In this document: piece by piece, positions 1 to 9,713 of the stretch
Numbering within the stretch: the stretch's first letter is position 1
Layout of the letters: the number at the start of each line of letters is the position of its first letter
Virus record (IMG/VR): IMGVR_UViG_3300025519_000053
Location: 1-46,676 of that record
Reading direction: 5' to 3' (one strand)
DNA length: 46,676 nt
Origin: a virus
Taxonomy: Duplodnaviria > Caudoviricetes
The notes under the pieces: generated by a model
Databases searched by the model: none
What the model saw: only the letters and a program-made list of their open reading frames with translations
Told to the model about the DNA's origin: nothing
Made by a program: the position numbers and the translations under genes

Positions 1-43
1 CGTTTGAAAATTATCAGATATAAATAATTAGGAGGTTAAATAA

Positions 44-277
44 ATGAAATATAAATACAAAGTTGGTGATAAAGCAATTGTTTACCAACAAATTTGTGGT
101 CATCAATTTGAACTTGGCTCCATTGTCACAATTGTGAAGTTTTCTTCAAATAGTGATTATTTTCAAGCAAATGATGGAAAGAATACTTGGTATGTCTCTA
201 GGGATGAAATTTTTCCTTATGATCTTCTAAAAAATAAAATTTTGGAGGAATTACGAAATGGAGAATGTACTTATTAA
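44..277 (+). CDS. Hypothetical phage protein
   Basis: 77 aa ORF with AGGAGG RBS, downstream of a repeated promoter element. Confidence 0.75.
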   Translation: MKYKYKVGDKAIVYQQICGHQFELGSIVTIVKFSSNSDYFQANDGKNTWYVSRDEIFPYDLLKNKILEELRNGECTY

Positions 278-386
278 TGATTTTGTTGATTAACTTGTAA
301 GAGTGATAAATGGTAAGTTGTTGGCATGAAAACGAAAATTATTAATCTATAAAACGAAACTCGAAACTCGAAAAGAGGTTGATAAA

Positions 387-905
387 ATGAGTATAATTGA
401 TGAACAAAAAGAAGTCGTAGATCGTTTAGCTAAAGCATTAGGATATATCGATCTTGCAAAATCATCTTTTATGGTTGGCGGATTTGTGTCGGAATATAAT
501 GCGAAAGATAGTTTAGAAGAAGTCGCTAAACAAATTCGTGAGGAAATTGAGATCCATAAGAGTCATATCCGTAGATTGACAAAAAAATATTGTAAGTTGA
601 CTCGTAACGAGATAATCGAAAAAGCGAAACGAGAAGTAGAAGAGACACGGAATGATCCAATTAAAATGGAAGGATTACTTGCGACATTTGTAGTAGATAA
701 AGAAGAACGAACTGTAACTACTTTATTAGCATCCGTTTCAACTGGAATGGTTGAAAGAAAAGGTATTGCTAAATGTCACCCAGATGATTATTTCAATGTT
801 CATATTGGTAAGATTATATCTCTCCGGCGTGCTCTAAGACTTGAAGTACCTCTTGAGTATTTGAATGTGCCACATCCGGCAGAATTTTGTGAAGGAGGAT
901 TGTGA
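387..905 (+). CDS. Hypothetical phage protein
   Basis: 172 aa ORF with GAGGT RBS. C-terminal GIAKCHPDDxFNVHIGK..LRRAL segment resembles Bacillus phage hypothetical proteins. Confidence 0.75.
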   Translation: MSIIDEQKEVVDRLAKALGYIDLAKSSFMVGGFVSEYNAKDSLEEVAKQIREEIEIHKSHIRRLTKKYCKLTRNEIIEKAKREVEETRNDPIKMEGLLATFVVDKEERTVTTLLASVSTGMVERKGIAKCHPDDYFNVHIGKIISLRRALRLEVPLEYLNVPHPAEFCEGGL

Positions 906-1099
906 TAATGGAGAGAGTATCATTGGAAAAATGTAAGTGGTGTAATGGAACGGGTAATGGAGCATCCCACATTATGGATACTTCATATCCATGTCCCGAT
1001 TGTGAAGGAACAGGTTATAAAGAAGGAAAAAGAGCCGAACTGTATCTTGATTATTTGATGGAAGAAAGACATAAAGAAGAAATGAACAAAATCAAATAA
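902..1099 (+). CDS. Small DnaJ-like zinc-finger protein
   Basis: Two CxxCxGxG motifs (CKWCNGTG, CPDCEGTG), GGAGG RBS, overlap with upstream stop. Confidence 0.7.
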   Translation: MIMERVSLEKCKWCNGTGNGASHIMDTSYPCPDCEGTGYKEGKRAELYLDYLMEERHKEEMNKIK

Positions 1100-1151
1100 T
1101 TGGTAATATTTTCGAAAATCCGGATCTACTGGAGGTATTTAGACTCAAATA
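1095..1151 (+). pseudogene. Remnant of a YopX-family C-terminus
   Basis: Reads IIGNIFENPDLLEV, matching the GNIYENLELL ends of the two YopX genes at 42 kb. No upstream body is present. Confidence 0.5.
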
Positions 1152-1215
1152 AAAGCACTGGATGGATTGCAAGCGAATGACGGAAGTGAAATACCGAAAG
1201 TGAGGGCAAAATAAT

Positions 1216-1470
1216 ATGTACCCGGTAACGTTACACAGACTTACGAAAAAAGAAATACAGCAAGCTGTGGAGGACTTGCAGAAACGCGGATATGAACTGA
1301 TTTCACCTATTACGAATATGAGCGAATGGCGGAAGGATTTTGAATACACGCCTGACGGAAGAAGAAGATTTGCCGGCGTTAAGATGGTTAACAAATGTTG
1401 GATTGCAAAAAGGATGAAGGTGGTAAAAAAGGTGATAAATATCGGCCTGTCGTTACGGTGCTTAAAGTAA
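1216..1470 (+). CDS. Hypothetical phage protein
   Basis: 84 aa ORF with GAGGG RBS. Confidence 0.6.
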   Translation: MYPVTLHRLTKKEIQQAVEDLQKRGYELISPITNMSEWRKDFEYTPDGRRRFAGVKMVNKCWIAKRMKVVKKVINIGLSLRCLK

Positions 1471-1658
1471 AGCGAGGTCTACCGACAAAAATTACGGTGA
1501 GCGGCCAAGAGTACGCGCTTATCCACAAAAACCAATATAGGGGAGTGAGAAAATGACAAGATTATCGAGTACAGATTTTGAAAGTTACCAAAACGGTTTG
1601 GTTATCTATTTAGACGAAGAGTAGCACAATACGGATACGTTAAGAAAGGGAGATAAAA

Positions 1659-1868
1659 GTGGAAGATAAATTACTTTATTATGTTGTACCAACTGATGAT
1701 TTTAATGCAGAAGGTAGAATTTTTTATAAGGGAGAAAAATACCCTATATTTGAAAGAAATGGCCGTTCTTTATTAGTTGCGGAGAATGGAGAGTTTAATT
1801 TTACACACGAACTTATGAAACAGGTAATTGACGCTTGGGAACTAAACATCATTGAGGTCCCTGCATAG
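1659..1868 (+). CDS. Hypothetical phage protein
   Basis: 69 aa ORF with AAAGGGAG RBS and GTG start. Confidence 0.7.
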   Translation: MEDKLLYYVVPTDDFNAEGRIFYKGEKYPIFERNGRSLLVAENGEFNFTHELMKQVIDAWELNIIEVPA

Positions 1869-1903
1869 TTCGATCATGATCTGCAAATGAGCCGGAAGGG
1901 AGA

Positions 1904-2188
1904 ATGAAAATGACAAGATCAATAAGTACAGAGATAGCGGAAAAAATAATGATTATGATTGCTAAAAATATAAATGATCGTATTTGGAAAGGATATGAAA
2001 CATATGGGCAGACGCTAGATGACTGCCCAGACGATGCTTATGACTGGGACCAGATGATTATTGAAGAATTACTGGACGGGTTGCAATATATGACGAAAGA
2101 AAATGCCATACTGCGTAAAAAATTGTCGGCGGAGACCATGGAAAATTTAAAATTAAAAAGATTGCTGGGGAGGGAAATGAAGGAATGA
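1904..2188 (+). CDS. Hypothetical phage protein
   Basis: 94 aa ORF with RBS, coupled to dut by an ATGA overlap. Confidence 0.7.
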   Translation: MKMTRSISTEIAEKIMIMIAKNINDRIWKGYETYGQTLDDCPDDAYDWDQMIIEELLDGLQYMTKENAILRKKLSAETMENLKLKRLLGREMKE

Positions 2189-2691
2189 GTATCAAAATTA
2201 AACGATTGCATCCGGATGCAGTAATTCCGAAATATGCACATGCCGACGATTCAAGCTTTGATCTTGTTGCTGTGGAAGATGTCATTGTTATGCCAGGCGA
2301 GACGGCATTAGTAAAAACAGGACTTGCATTTGAAATACCAGCAGGATATGAATTGCAAGTGCGACCACGTTCAGGCATCACGTTAAAAACGAAATTGCGC
2401 GTGCAACTGAGAACCGTCGATGCAGGATACAGAGGCGAAATCGACGTGATCGTCGATAATATTGCCGAGGATCCGTTTGGAAATGTTGTGTCGTATCTCT
2501 CGCATATTGATGGGAACGATTATCGGGCGGACGGCGAAATCTATCCGAATGAAACGTACATCATCCGCAAAGGAGACAGAATTGCTCAAGGTGTTATTGC
2601 TCCGGTTGCTAAAATGGAGTTTGAAGAAGTAGACGAATTAAGTGATACAGATCGAAGTAACAAAGGATTTGGAAGTACAGGGGTGAATTAA
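2185..2691 (+). CDS. dut: Trimeric dUTPase, motifs degenerate (possibly inactive)
   Basis: Motifs FDL, PRSG, VDAGYRGE, GDRIAQ and GFGSTG present, but several usually invariant Gly residues are replaced. Confidence 0.9.
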   Translation: MSIKIKRLHPDAVIPKYAHADDSSFDLVAVEDVIVMPGETALVKTGLAFEIPAGYELQVRPRSGITLKTKLRVQLRTVDAGYRGEIDVIVDNIAEDPFGNVVSYLSHIDGNDYRADGEIYPNETYIIRKGDRIAQGVIAPVAKMEFEEVDELSDTDRSNKGFGSTGVN

Positions 2692-2732
2692 AATAAAAAA
2701 AAGACCAGGCTTTTTCAAAGGAGAGAGAATTG

Positions 2733-3350
2733 ATGAACTTACAAAAATTATTTAAATCACAAGCTGAATTAGATAAACGAATTGTTGAAAAGAAAGGATT
2801 ACAGGGAGTTGATTTACTTCCAAATTTAATCTTGGCACTACAAGTTAAACTTGGAAAATGTGCAAAAGAATGGTGCAGATTTAAGTTTTGGAGTCATGAT
2901 CAAAAACCAAGAACAGAAATACCGATTGATTGTCTGTATTGTTGCGGTAAAGGTTATATGAACCATGGTGAAGTTTTTGAAGATGGAGAACCTTGGCCTT
3001 TCAAAAGGTATGATGGGTCTATTGTTTACGGATATAAAAATACTTTACTTGAAGAATATGTGGATTGCCTGAATTTCATTTTGAGTATTGGGTTGGAATT
3101 GAATATACCAGTAATTTACGGAATGGAAACTAAATGGGGTGAATTAACATCAGATGAAACGGATATTACTCAGCAATTTTTATTAGTTTTCGAAAATGCT
3201 AATAAACTAGTACATCCTGACGATTGGATTAATTTATTTGAAGAATTTTATATTCTAGGCAAAATGCTAGGCTTTACCTGGGAACAAATTGAACAAGTCT
3301 ATTTTGAAAAGAATGAGGAAAACCATAAACGGCAAGAAAACGGATATTGA
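2733..3350 (+). CDS. Dimeric (dUTPase_2/MazG-like) dUTP diphosphatase, motifs degenerate
   Basis: EWxxFKFWS, LLEEYVDCL and KNEENHKRQENGY motifs. Acidic residues of the first motif appear replaced by Lys. Confidence 0.85.
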   Translation: MNLQKLFKSQAELDKRIVEKKGLQGVDLLPNLILALQVKLGKCAKEWCRFKFWSHDQKPRTEIPIDCLYCCGKGYMNHGEVFEDGEPWPFKRYDGSIVYGYKNTLLEEYVDCLNFILSIGLELNIPVIYGMETKWGELTSDETDITQQFLLVFENANKLVHPDDWINLFEEFYILGKMLGFTWEQIEQVYFEKNEENHKRQENGY

Positions 3351-3361
3351 GGTGAAAAAAG

Positions 3362-3493
3362 ATGATTGTAAAAAAAGAATGGCGCAGTAAAAAGACAGTT
3401 GGAAACATATTTACATCTCCATTATACATTTACACTGGATACTTTCTTTTCGGGGCTATTCCGATTTATATTCGTAGGGAATTAAATTTATAA
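3362..3493 (+). CDS. Small hypothetical protein (43 aa, MIVKKEW...YTGYFLFGAIPIYIRR)
   Basis: Translated by hand; GAGGTG RBS. Below the ORF-track size cutoff. Confidence 0.6.
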   Translation: MIVKKEWRSKKTVGNIFTSPLYIYTGYFLFGAIPIYIRRELNL

Positions 3494-3549
3494 AATAAAA
3501 AAAGACTAAGATTTCATTAGATTATTTATCAAAAAAATGTTAATAACGA

Positions 3550-3576
3550 TTTACGTCTTTAATATTACAGATATAA
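3550..3576 (+). promoter_or_regulatory. Repeated phage promoter TTTACR-N12-YAGATATA
   Basis: TTTACG tctttaatatta CAGATATAA, upstream of the AAA ATPase. Confidence 0.75.
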
Positions 3577-3620
3577 ATAAAATGTTAAATAAAAAATTAA
3601 ATAATCGGAGGTAATATTTT

Positions 3621-4670
3621 ATGTCAATTGACCTTTTAAATCTTGAACCTGTTAAAGCTTCTACTGATTTGGCTTCTTATACAGCTTTTATTTATGGAAC
3701 TCCTAAAATTGGTAAGACAACTTTTGTCCATAAACTTTACGGAGATCGAGTTTTATTTGTTGCAACAGAAAAACGTCATAAAGTATTAGTTGGTGCTAAC
3801 GTCCAATATATTTCTTCTTGGGTTGAATATTTGACTGTTCTTTCTCAGCTACGAAATAAAAAAGTTAAAGAGAGATTTGATGTTATTGCTATTGACACAG
3901 TTGAGAATCTTTATAGTATGCTTGAGACTTACATTCTTGCTAAATATGGAAAAACAGAATTTGGCCAAGTTGAATGGGGTAAAGATTGGGTTGACTTGAA
4001 AAATGATTGGAAAAATAACCTTCAAATGATTGAAAAACTTGGATATACTCCAGTATTTATTTCTCACGCAACTCAAGTTACAACAAAAATTCCTGCAGCT
4101 GGAGTATTGCAAGAACAAGTCAATGATACTATGACTTTAAAAAGTGATAAGAAAACTGGAGAACAATATTATGAATTTGTCAAGTATGTCCCAGATTTGA
4201 AAGATAAGGTTATGGCACCAATTAATAAGATGGTAGACAATATCTTATTTATGACAGTTACAACTGACGAAGAAGGAAAAGAACACCGAGTTATTCATCT
4301 TCGTGAAACATTACAATGGCAAGCTGGTTCAACATTTACTGACATTGCTCCAGTAATTCCATTAGATGCTGAAGCTTATAAGAAAGCTGTTAGAGATGCT
4401 ATTGAAAAAATTGATCCATCTCAACGTAAAGATGAGAAAGAATCAATTGGTATGGAAGAACAAAAGCTCGACTTTGATGAATTAATGAAAGAAGCAAAAG
4501 AACTTGGAGTTCAATTCCATAAAGCTGGTCGTATGGAAGAATTACAAAGAATTGTTGATGAAGTATTTGGTGCTGGAAATAAATTAACTGATGCTAAGAA
4601 GCATCAAGTTCAACCATTATTTGTTGCTGTCCAAAAAATGAAAGAAGCATTAAATATTGGTGACGAATAA
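3621..4670 (+). CDS. AAA_24-family ATPase (SPbeta YorG-like, Sak4-like)
   Basis: Walker A GTPKIGKT, Walker B IAIDT, FISH motif. Confidence 0.85.
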   Translation: MSIDLLNLEPVKASTDLASYTAFIYGTPKIGKTTFVHKLYGDRVLFVATEKRHKVLVGANVQYISSWVEYLTVLSQLRNKKVKERFDVIAIDTVENLYSMLETYILAKYGKTEFGQVEWGKDWVDLKNDWKNNLQMIEKLGYTPVFISHATQVTTKIPAAGVLQEQVNDTMTLKSDKKTGEQYYEFVKYVPDLKDKVMAPINKMVDNILFMTVTTDEEGKEHRVIHLRETLQWQAGSTFTDIAPVIPLDAEAYKKAVRDAIEKIDPSQRKDEKESIGMEEQKLDFDELMKEAKELGVQFHKAGRMEELQRIVDEVFGAGNKLTDAKKHQVQPLFVAVQKMKEALNIGDE

Positions 4671-4699
4671 TATAGTTATCTAAATCTAAAAAAGCTAAT

Positions 4700-4726
4700 A
4701 AGAGGACTTTTTATAGTCCTCTTTTC
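4700..4726 (+). terminator. Intrinsic terminator-like hairpin
   Basis: AAGAGGACT-loop-AGTCCTCTT followed by TT. Confidence 0.6.
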
Positions 4727-4763
4727 TAAACCAAATACATCTTGCTTAGGAGGAATATAATTT

Positions 4764-7133
4764 ATGACGATTGTTGTTAAAGACAAAGGTAAAGATCGTG
4801 AAAGACGAATGGAATTTGAAAGAGAAAGATTAGTCTCATTTATCGAACGAGGACTTAAAGGTTTGAAAGTCCATCCTGAAACTAAAAAGAAATATATTGA
4901 GAAGATTATTCGTCTTGTTGAAAATAGAGAAGAAATTGAAGCTAAAGAAATTACGAAGCTAATGATTCAAAATTCTCTAGTTCTTACTAATGATATTAAA
5001 GACGAAAATGGACATGTAACACCAGAATATCTTGGAAATACTGATTGGGATAAATTTGCTCGATATGTTAAACTTCAAGAACTATATAAAAGAGCTTCTA
5101 AAAATCGTTCATATGATTCAAAAGATAAGTATGGAGATTTCTATGGATTAGTTGTTACTCTTACTGAAAAAGGTTTATATACTCCTGATTTGCTCAAGAA
5201 CTACAGTCGAGAAGAATTAAGAAAAGCTGGAGAAGCTATTGTTCCAGAAAGGGATGAACTATTTAATTTTTCTGGTCTTCATTCTTTGGTAAATAGATAC
5301 CTTGTTAAAGATTATGATAAGTCGATTTATGAACTTCCTCAAGAAAGATTTATGATTGCTGCTTTACATTTAATGATGGTTGAGGAAGAAAATCGAATTG
5401 ATAAAGTAATTGAATTATATTGGGCAGTCTCAAATCTTTACCTAACACTTGCTACACCAACATTAACTAATGCTGGTAGAGTAAAAGGTGGATTATCGTC
5501 TTGTTTTGTATTGACAACTGAAGACAGTCTTCGTGGAATTTATGATGATAATACTGATATTGCTACATTCTCTAAGAATGGTGCTGGAATTGGAATTTAC
5601 TTTGGTAAGTTGAGAGCTTCAGGATCAGATATTCGTGGTTTTAAAGGTGCTTCATCCGGAATTATTGGATGGATTAAACAATTAGATAATACAGCTGTTT
5701 CTGTTGATCAATTAGGACAACGTAAAGGAGCAATTGCTGTTTATCTTGATATTTGGCACAAGGATATTGAAAACTTTATTGATTTGAGACTGAATACAGG
5801 AGACAAAAGTCTTCGAGCTTATAATGTATTCACTGGCTTATGTATTCCTGATGAATTTATGAGGCAGGTTGAAAAACGTGGAGATTGGTATTTATTTGAC
5901 CCTCACGAAGTAAAGAAAGCTATGGGATTTAGCCTTGAAGATTATTATGATAAAAAGAAACTTGGGGACAAAGAAAAACCAAATTCTACTGATCATGCTT
6001 GGACTTATCGATACTATCAGTGTGTAGATAATAATGAACTATCTAAAAAACGTATTCCAGCAATTGAATTAATGAAGAAAATCATGCAAGCCCAATTGGA
6101 AACTGGTATCCCTTATATGTTCTATCGTGATACAGTAAACCGAAATAATCCAAACAAACATCAAGGGATTATTTATTCTTCAAATCTATGTTCTGAAATT
6201 GCTCAAAATATGAGTCCGTCTACAGTAACTCAAGAAAAAATTAATTGGGAAACTGGTGAAGTAATTATTACAAAGCAAATTGGTGATCTTGTAACATGCA
6301 ATTTGTCGTCATTAGTTCTAAATAATATTGTTCGTGATGATGTTCTTGAACGAGTGATTAATATTCAAATTCGTGCATTGGATAATGTTATTTCTCTTCT
6401 TAGGGTTCCTGTTCCACAAGCGCAATTTACAAATCTTAAATATCGTGCAATTGGTGCCGGTGAACAAGGTATAGCTGCAACATTAGCTCAAGAAAAAATT
6501 ATGTGGGATAGTGAAAAAGCTGTTGAATATATTGGCAAGCTTGAAGAAAAAATTATGATGTATTCTATTAAAGCTTCTGCTTTACTTGGAAAAGAAAAAG
6601 GTTCATACCCAGTATTTGAAGGATCAGAATGGAACACTGGTGAATGGTTCGAAAGACGTGGATTAGATTCTCCAGAATGGCTAGAAGTTAAAGAGTTGGC
6701 TATGAAACATATGAGGAATGGATACTTGAGGGCTGTTGCTCCAACTGGTGGTACATCGGTTATTGCTGGTTCAACACAAGGAATTGATCCAATATTTGAC
6801 GTTATCTTCTTTGAAAGAAAAAAAGATTTTCAATTGCCAATTGTAGTCCCTAATCTTAACCAAAAAACATGGTTCTATTATAAACCAACAATGAAAATGG
6901 AATTTGAAGGAGAAAAACAACTAGCTCATATGTGGGCAATTAAACATAATAAAGTTAGACAGAAATTCGTTGACCAAGCAATTTCTCATAATTTATATAT
7001 TCCTCAAGGAATTAGAGCAAAGAATTTTCTCGAGCTCCATTTAGAAAACTGGAAAAGTGATGTCAAAACTTCATACTACACTCGAAGTTGGAATCAAAGG
7101 CATGAAGATTCTTGCTTAGCATGTTCTTCATAA
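4764..7133 (+). CDS. nrdA: Class I ribonucleoside-diphosphate reductase alpha subunit
   Basis: ATPTLTNAG, LSSCF, SNLCSEI, TCNL, APTG and C-terminal CLAC motifs; N-terminal ATP-cone-like segment. Confidence 0.97.
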   Translation: MTIVVKDKGKDRERRMEFERERLVSFIERGLKGLKVHPETKKKYIEKIIRLVENREEIEAKEITKLMIQNSLVLTNDIKDENGHVTPEYLGNTDWDKFARYVKLQELYKRASKNRSYDSKDKYGDFYGLVVTLTEKGLYTPDLLKNYSREELRKAGEAIVPERDELFNFSGLHSLVNRYLVKDYDKSIYELPQERFMIAALHLMMVEEENRIDKVIELYWAVSNLYLTLATPTLTNAGRVKGGLSSCFVLTTEDSLRGIYDDNTDIATFSKNGAGIGIYFGKLRASGSDIRGFKGASSGIIGWIKQLDNTAVSVDQLGQRKGAIAVYLDIWHKDIENFIDLRLNTGDKSLRAYNVFTGLCIPDEFMRQVEKRGDWYLFDPHEVKKAMGFSLEDYYDKKKLGDKEKPNSTDHAWTYRYYQCVDNNELSKKRIPAIELMKKIMQAQLETGIPYMFYRDTVNRNNPNKHQGIIYSSNLCSEIAQNMSPSTVTQEKINWETGEVIITKQIGDLVTCNLSSLVLNNIVRDDVLERVINIQIRALDNVISLLRVPVPQAQFTNLKYRAIGAGEQGIAATLAQEKIMWDSEKAVEYIGKLEEKIMMYSIKASALLGKEKGSYPVFEGSEWNTGEWFERRGLDSPEWLEVKELAMKHMRNGYLRAVAPTGGTSVIAGSTQGIDPIFDVIFFERKKDFQLPIVVPNLNQKTWFYYKPTMKMEFEGEKQLAHMWAIKHNKVRQKFVDQAISHNLYIPQGIRAKNFLELHLENWKSDVKTSYYTRSWNQRHEDSCLACSS

Positions 7134-7174
7134 TAAAGAAAAAAATAGAGAGATAAAACTCTCTATTTTTTTAA

Positions 7175-7201
7175 TTTACATCTTCAAAAAGTCAGATATA
7201 A
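7175..7201 (+). promoter_or_regulatory. Repeated phage promoter
   Basis: TTTACA tcttcaaaaagt CAGATATAA, just after a terminator hairpin (7141-7172). Confidence 0.75.
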
Positions 7202-7240
7202 ATAATAATGTTAGAAGTATTTAATAGGAGGATTGAAAAT

Positions 7241-8281
7241 ATGAAACTAACAAAAAATATTAGAGTACTTAATGAAAATCTTGATAATAAAGCTCCACGT
7301 ATGTTTGATGATGTTAGTGGAATTTTATATTGGGATGATATTAATAATCAAGTATATTATGACATCATAAAAACTATGAGAGAACAATTCTGGATCCCAG
7401 ATGAAGTAAGTATGGCTCAAGATAAACAACATTGGACAACAATTATGACTGAAGAAGACAAAGAATTGTTCCGTAATGGAATTGGTGTTTTAGCTTCTTT
7501 AGATTCTATTGCAACTTACTTTGATAAAATTGCATCAGACTATATTCGAGACTCAGCTATTAAAGCTAATATGGCCTTTATTGCAGCAATGGAAACAATT
7601 CATAATGAATCATACACATACACACTTGCTTCATTGGTCCCGAAAGAAGAAGCAAAAGAGGTATTTGAACGACCTAAAAAGAATCCTTTCATGGTTCGAA
7701 GGAATAGGATTATGATGAATCTGTTTGATGATTTTTTGGAAAAAAGAACTATAGAGTCTTTTGCCAAAGGATTAGTTTCTATGTCTGCTCTTGAAGGTTT
7801 ATGTTTTACAAATGGATTTACTCCTTTCTATCATTTCAATCGTGAAAACAAAATGTTTGGTACTGGAACAATTATTCAATTCATCCAACGTGATGAAGTA
7901 CAACATGCATATTTCCAATCAATATTAGTACGAGATATTATGACTCAATATCCAGAACTAAATACAGAAGAATTTTCAGAGTTTATTTATAATTTTTATG
8001 AAGAACTTGTTAAGTTGGAAAGAGAATTTTGTGAAGACCTTTATAAGAACCACCCTCAAGTAGATATTGAGGAAATTAAAGAATATGTTGGTTTTCGAGC
8101 TAACTTGCTCCTTGATAATTTAGGTTTGGATAAAATATTCCCTGCTAAGAAGAATCCAATGCCATGGATTACAGCATTTGATCCTGATAATTTGAACAAT
8201 ACTAAGACGGATTTCTTTGAAGATAAAGAAACTAATTATGTAAAGTCTACTGAAGTTTCTAATGGTTGGGATGAACTGTAA
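7241..8281 (+). CDS. nrdB: Class I ribonucleotide reductase beta subunit
   Basis: FWIPDE, ETIHNESY, LEG and RDEVQH dimetal/Tyr motifs. Start moved to the ATG after AGGAGG. Confidence 0.95.
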   Translation: MKLTKNIRVLNENLDNKAPRMFDDVSGILYWDDINNQVYYDIIKTMREQFWIPDEVSMAQDKQHWTTIMTEEDKELFRNGIGVLASLDSIATYFDKIASDYIRDSAIKANMAFIAAMETIHNESYTYTLASLVPKEEAKEVFERPKKNPFMVRRNRIMMNLFDDFLEKRTIESFAKGLVSMSALEGLCFTNGFTPFYHFNRENKMFGTGTIIQFIQRDEVQHAYFQSILVRDIMTQYPELNTEEFSEFIYNFYEELVKLEREFCEDLYKNHPQVDIEEIKEYVGFRANLLLDNLGLDKIFPAKKNPMPWITAFDPDNLNNTKTDFFEDKETNYVKSTEVSNGWDEL

Positions 8282-8423
8282 TTTTCAGGAATTTCAAATT
8301 GTGATATAAATTAACAAAGAGAAGAATGGAAAAACATTATATATGGGCATTGGCTTGAAAGCCAGTGCTCTTATATTAGATTTAAATATAAGTACGAAAA
8401 TAATTATAAAAGAGGAATGAACT

Positions 8424-8849
8424 ATGAGTCCTATACTTTTAGTAATTAATTCAATGTCTGGAAACACAAAAACATTTGTTGATTTTTTCAAAAAACATTG
8501 TTCAAGAGAAGTTGTTATTTGTGAGGATTTTTCTAAATCTATAGAAGAATATGATAAGATTGCTTTTGGTTCATTTACTTGGGGTAATGGGAAGATTCCA
8601 AAGAAAATGAAACAATTTTTGATCGATAATCATCATCTTCTAAAAGGTAAAGAAGTTTTTGTATTTGGTAGTGGAAATTCTATTTATCCTAAATTTTGTG
8701 GAGCTGTAGATGGTATCATAAAAATATGTTCCGACAGTGGTGCAAAAATAATTGGATCATTTAAATTTGAACAGAGATTTAATGAAGATGATTTTTCCGA
8801 TCAAGATATTGATAATTTAATAGAGACTATCGAAAAATGGAGTGATTAG
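8424..8849 (+). CDS. nrdI: Flavodoxin (NrdI-like partner of RNR)
   Basis: SMSGNT FMN loop, GSFTWGNG, FGSGNSIYPKFCGAVD; follows nrdB. Confidence 0.85.
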   Translation: MSPILLVINSMSGNTKTFVDFFKKHCSREVVICEDFSKSIEEYDKIAFGSFTWGNGKIPKKMKQFLIDNHHLLKGKEVFVFGSGNSIYPKFCGAVDGIIKICSDSGAKIIGSFKFEQRFNEDDFSDQDIDNLIETIEKWSD

Positions 8850-8935
8850 AACAAAAATTCTATTTTTTATTTTAAATTTACTCTTTTAAAGAACAGGATA
8901 AAATAAATAATAATTAAGAAAAAGGAGAGAAAAAT

Positions 8936-9136
8936 ATGGAATTTATTGCCTGGATAATTACTATTATTGGATTTATATTAATATTTCTTTTAGCACTTTT
9001 TGTACCAAGCTATGCGATCAAAATTGGTATTAATTTGGCTTTTGGATATGACTTAAATTTATTTGGAATCTTTCTCCTAGTATTTGCTGTTGTAATGATT
9101 AAAACTTTGTTCTTCAGTGAAAATAAAGAAGATTAA
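8936..9136 (+). CDS. Small two-helix membrane protein
   Basis: Hydrophobic 66 aa ORF with AAAGGAG RBS and a downstream terminator (9143-9171). Confidence 0.75.
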   Translation: MEFIAWIITIIGFILIFLLALFVPSYAIKIGINLAFGYDLNLFGIFLLVFAVVMIKTLFFSENKED

Positions 9137-9173
9137 TTAGTCAAAAAGATGGGTATTATCCCATCTTTTTTAT

Positions 9174-9200
9174 TTTACATTTTAAACAGTTCAGATATAA
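9174..9200 (+). promoter_or_regulatory. Repeated phage promoter
   Basis: TTTACA ttttaaacagtt CAGATATAA. Confidence 0.75.
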
Positions 9201-9227
9201 TAACAAAAATTAGAAGAGGTGAAATAG

Positions 9228-9713
9228 ATGCCAAGATTATATAAATGTTATGGAACTTGTAACCAGAAATATCCTAAAGAGGAAATGAAAGTTTTCAGTG
9301 GAAAAAATTATTGCCCTTCTTGCTATGAGGATAAAAAACGTGAAGATCAAGAAAGAATTAAGCTAAATCAAACTATATCTAAATGGTTTAATATATCATT
9401 TCCTAATGGTCATATGTTAAAGCAAATAAAGACTTTCAGAAGTGATCCTTATAACTATTCGTATAAAAATATTAGACTTACTATTGATTATTGTTTTTTA
9501 AATAAAAAAATAAAACCTGAACTTAAATTTGGAATTGCTTTCATCCCCTACTATCATGATGAAATGGTTGAGTATTACAAAGAACTTAATAAGAAGAGAT
9601 CTCAAACAAAAATTAGAGAGGAAAAAATTATTAGGATTAAGTTAAAGCCTTTAAAGCTAGAAAATAAATATAGAGAGAAAAAACTTATTAATATGGAGGA
9701 GTTGTTGAAATGA
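9228..9713 (+). CDS. Zn-finger replication protein (YorH-like; possible helicase loader)
   Basis: CxxxC...CxxC N-terminus, GIAFIPYYHDE motif, coupled to the helicase gene. Confidence 0.65.
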   Translation: MPRLYKCYGTCNQKYPKEEMKVFSGKNYCPSCYEDKKREDQERIKLNQTISKWFNISFPNGHMLKQIKTFRSDPYNYSYKNIRLTIDYCFLNKKIKPELKFGIAFIPYYHDEMVEYYKELNKKRSQTKIREEKIIRIKLKPLKLENKYREKKLINMEELLK

